Source: Chitinophagaceae bacterium (GTDB lineage Bacteria; Bacteroidota; Bacteroidia; Chitinophagales; Chitinophagaceae). Taken from it: a DNA stretch of 26,740 bases. Made by a program: the position numbers and the translations under genes. Positions 25,368 to 26,740 of this stretch are shown here, piece by piece. The stretch is taken from NCBI GenBank assembly GCA_044234005.1, contig JBIIJE010000025.1:1-26740 (forward strand), read 5' to 3'. Under the pieces are notes generated by a model. That model was not told the DNA's origin and made no database searches. It was given only the letters and a program-made list of their open reading frames with translations. Every line of letters begins with the position of its first letter. The stretch's first letter is position 1.

Positions 25368-25493
25368 TGCCATTTTGACATTAATTTTATATTATACATT
25401 TCGCTCGACGAAAATGGTAAATGCCTATGAATACAAATGTTTAGATTAAATGGAGGAACGATATTTTAATCTATTACATTTGTCTAATCGGTA
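25368..25493 (+). mobile_element. 126-bp MITE-like element, copy 2 (intergenic)
   Basis: Same length and orientation as 8865-8990, with 5 mismatches. Flanked by direct TTA (25365-25367 and 25494-25496). Confidence 0.75.
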
Positions 25494-25667
25494 TTATTAT
25501 TCTGGTTTATTTTTCTTATTTCCACGCTACATGAAGAGATGATTCGTTGTTTTAACCTAGATTTTGAATGATAATCTGTTAAGCTACCTTATTATGGTCA
25601 ATAAACAAAGATGACATGAAAATCACACCTATTTTTTTCAACGCATTGTAGCAAGTAAAAGTTTTAA

Positions 25668-25700
25668 TGTAATACCGATTGGAATTTTGTAATACCGATT
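25668..25700. repeat. two direct copies of TGTAATACCGATT spaced 20 bp apart, resembling the MITE terminus
   Basis: TGTAATACCGATT occurs at 25668-25680 and 25688-25700. TAA+TACCGATT equals the reverse complement of the MITE 3' terminus (AATCGGTA+TTA) and resembles the copy-1 5' junction TGTAA|TACCATT. Confidence 0.5.
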
Positions 25701-25802
25701 GTTATTGCAGTAAACTCCCTTCGTTATAAACATCCATATCATCGGCACAGGCAGCCTAATTATTCGTATCTCAAATTGTTCTTAACAAAATAACCATCGG
25801 CG

Positions 25803-25830
25803 TTTATCGCGATAAATTTATCGCGATAAG
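25803..25830. repeat. tandem pair of 14-bp palindromes TTTATCGCGATAAA / TTTATCGCGATAAG (candidate operator or cruciform)
   Basis: Read directly from the sequence. 25803-25816 is a perfect 14-bp palindrome, and the adjacent 25817-25830 repeats it with one terminal change. The CGCG core is conspicuous in AT-rich DNA. Confidence 0.55.
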
Positions 25831-25915
25831 ACTTGGTCTGCGACACAAATTACATGGGAATAAGATACGGCCTGAGATTTGAGGTAGATAAAAATAATAA
25901 TTATAATCCGTAAAG

Positions 25916-26095
25916 CTACACCAATTGAAACCATACACCTGTTGGCGTTGCTATTTTATCTATATAAGCTTTCACAATAGCTTTTTTATTTGCGCAATTA
26001 CATCAGATCGCATCCCAAGGTTTAGCAGCTACTTCTTTGTTATTGCTTTTAAATATTTTTTTTCCTGCTTCCTTTAAAAATGAAAATAATCCCAT
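25916..26095 (-). pseudogene. remnant of a Kbp/YgaU-type (BON-LysM) gene: N-terminal ~60 codons with an in-frame TGA
   Basis: Minus strand from ATG 26095 reads MGLFSFLKEAGKKIFKSNNKEVAAKPWDAI, then TGA (26005-26003), then CNCANKKAIVKAYIDKIATPTGVWFQLV, then TAG (25918-25916). MGLFSF.K.AG.K.F is the characteristic N-terminus of E. coli Kbp/YgaU and its Bacteroidota LysM homologues. No BON or LysM domain follows. Confidence 0.55.
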
Positions 26096-26203
26096 AATCG
26101 TTTTTTAATTTGTCTAGTAATTTAATCAAATGATTAGTACAATTGTTTTAGGATGCGGCTATTATTTAGAATAGTCATGTTAAATTGGCTAAGGTCTCAC
26201 AAA

Positions 26204-26740
26204 TTATCCTTCTTTTTTGGCTTCCTTAGCCCAAGAATCCTTCAGACCCACGGTTCTATTAAAAATGTATTTCTCAGGGGAACTATTTTTATCTAAACAA
26301 AAGTAACCTAATCTTAAAAATTGGAACTTGTCGTTTAGTTTTGATTCTAACAAAGCGGGTTCTAATTTTGCAGTTGAGACAACTTGCAAACTATTTGGAT
26401 TTATGATATCGATTAAATCGCCATCATGGGCGGCAGGATTTTCAATTGTGAAAAGTCTATCATATAAACGAATTTCTGCATCCTTGGCATCTGCTGAATT
26501 TACCCAATGTATTGTGCCTTTTACCTTTAACCCACTGGTATCATGGCCGCTTTTACTTTCTGGGAAATAGTTACAATGAACTTCTACGACTTTCCCGGTT
26601 TCATCTTTTTTAAAATCATGACATTGAACAATGTAAGCATGTTTCAAGCGCACTTGCAATCCTTGTCCTAGACGGAAATACTTTTTAGGAGGGTCTTCCA
26701 TAAAGTCATCACGCTCTATCCAAATTTCTTTACTGAATGA
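26204..26740 (-). CDS. glnS: glutamine--tRNA ligase, C-terminal anticodon-binding part (gene continues beyond window end)
   Basis: The frame is open to the window edge: SFSKEIWIERDDFMEDPPKKYFRLGQGLQVRLKHAYIV...GTIHWV...LYDRLF...ENP...INPNSL. This is typical GlnRS C-terminal beta-barrel sequence. The ORF-track Met at 26701 is internal. Confidence 0.92.
   Translation of the reverse strand, partial: SFSKEIWIERDDFMEDPPKKYFRLGQGLQVRLKHAYIVQCHDFKKDETGKVVEVHCNYFPESKSGHDTSGLKVKGTIHWVNSADAKDAEIRLYDRLFTIENPAAHDGDLIDIINPNSLQVVSTAKLEPALLESKLNDKFQFLRLGYFCLDKNSSPEKYIFNRTVGLKDSWAKEAKKEG

Noticed and set aside
1-26740. I looked for tRNA, rRNA, CRISPR arrays, integrases or transposases, toxin-antitoxin pairs, restriction-modification systems and other defence cassettes
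   Set aside because: There are no T-loop or acceptor-stem patterns, no regularly spaced direct repeats, and no ORFs with recombinase, transposase or known defence-domain motifs. The gene content is housekeeping.

Overview
This is an AT-rich chromosomal segment with clear Bacteroidota hallmarks: a T9SS C-terminal sorting domain, TAnnTTTG -7 promoter boxes, a short NuoG, DUF2480 and a GxxExxY-family protein. It holds about 22 apparently intact, mostly housekeeping genes. In order they are partial hflX, a ddl / stand-alone PASTA protein / T9SS-sorted protein / rhodanese block, fdhD, a GxxExxY nuclease-fold protein and a 2OG-Fe(II) oxygenase. Next come a DEAD-box helicase, an alpha/beta hydrolase, mfd, an SLT lytic transglycosylase, DUF2480, a PaaE-type reductase and a DnaQ-exonuclease/GIY-YIG fusion. 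The last group is overlapping kmo-kynA (kynurenine pathway), deoC, an aldehyde dehydrogenase, purN, a small membrane protein, an orphan short nuoG and partial glnS. I found no rRNA, tRNA, CRISPR array, prophage, transposase or recognisable defence cassette. I cannot honestly point to a convincing novel multi-gene system. The most interesting content sits in two non-coding scars (8.1-9.5 kb and 25.2-26.2 kb). A 126-bp MITE-like element occurs twice (121/126 identical) with terminal inverted repeats and 3-bp TWA target duplications. One copy sits in-frame inside a decaying papain-family peptidase gene, and removing it in silico restores the ORF. The second scar also holds a nonsense-interrupted remnant of a Kbp/LysM-BON type gene, two TIR-like half sites, and a tandem pair of perfect 14-bp palindromes. 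Lesser observations are a 50% GC structured island between hflX and ddl, -7 boxes only 4-7 nt from start codons (implying leaderless mRNAs), convergent genes that overlap or abut without terminators, and no TGA among 22 gene stops.
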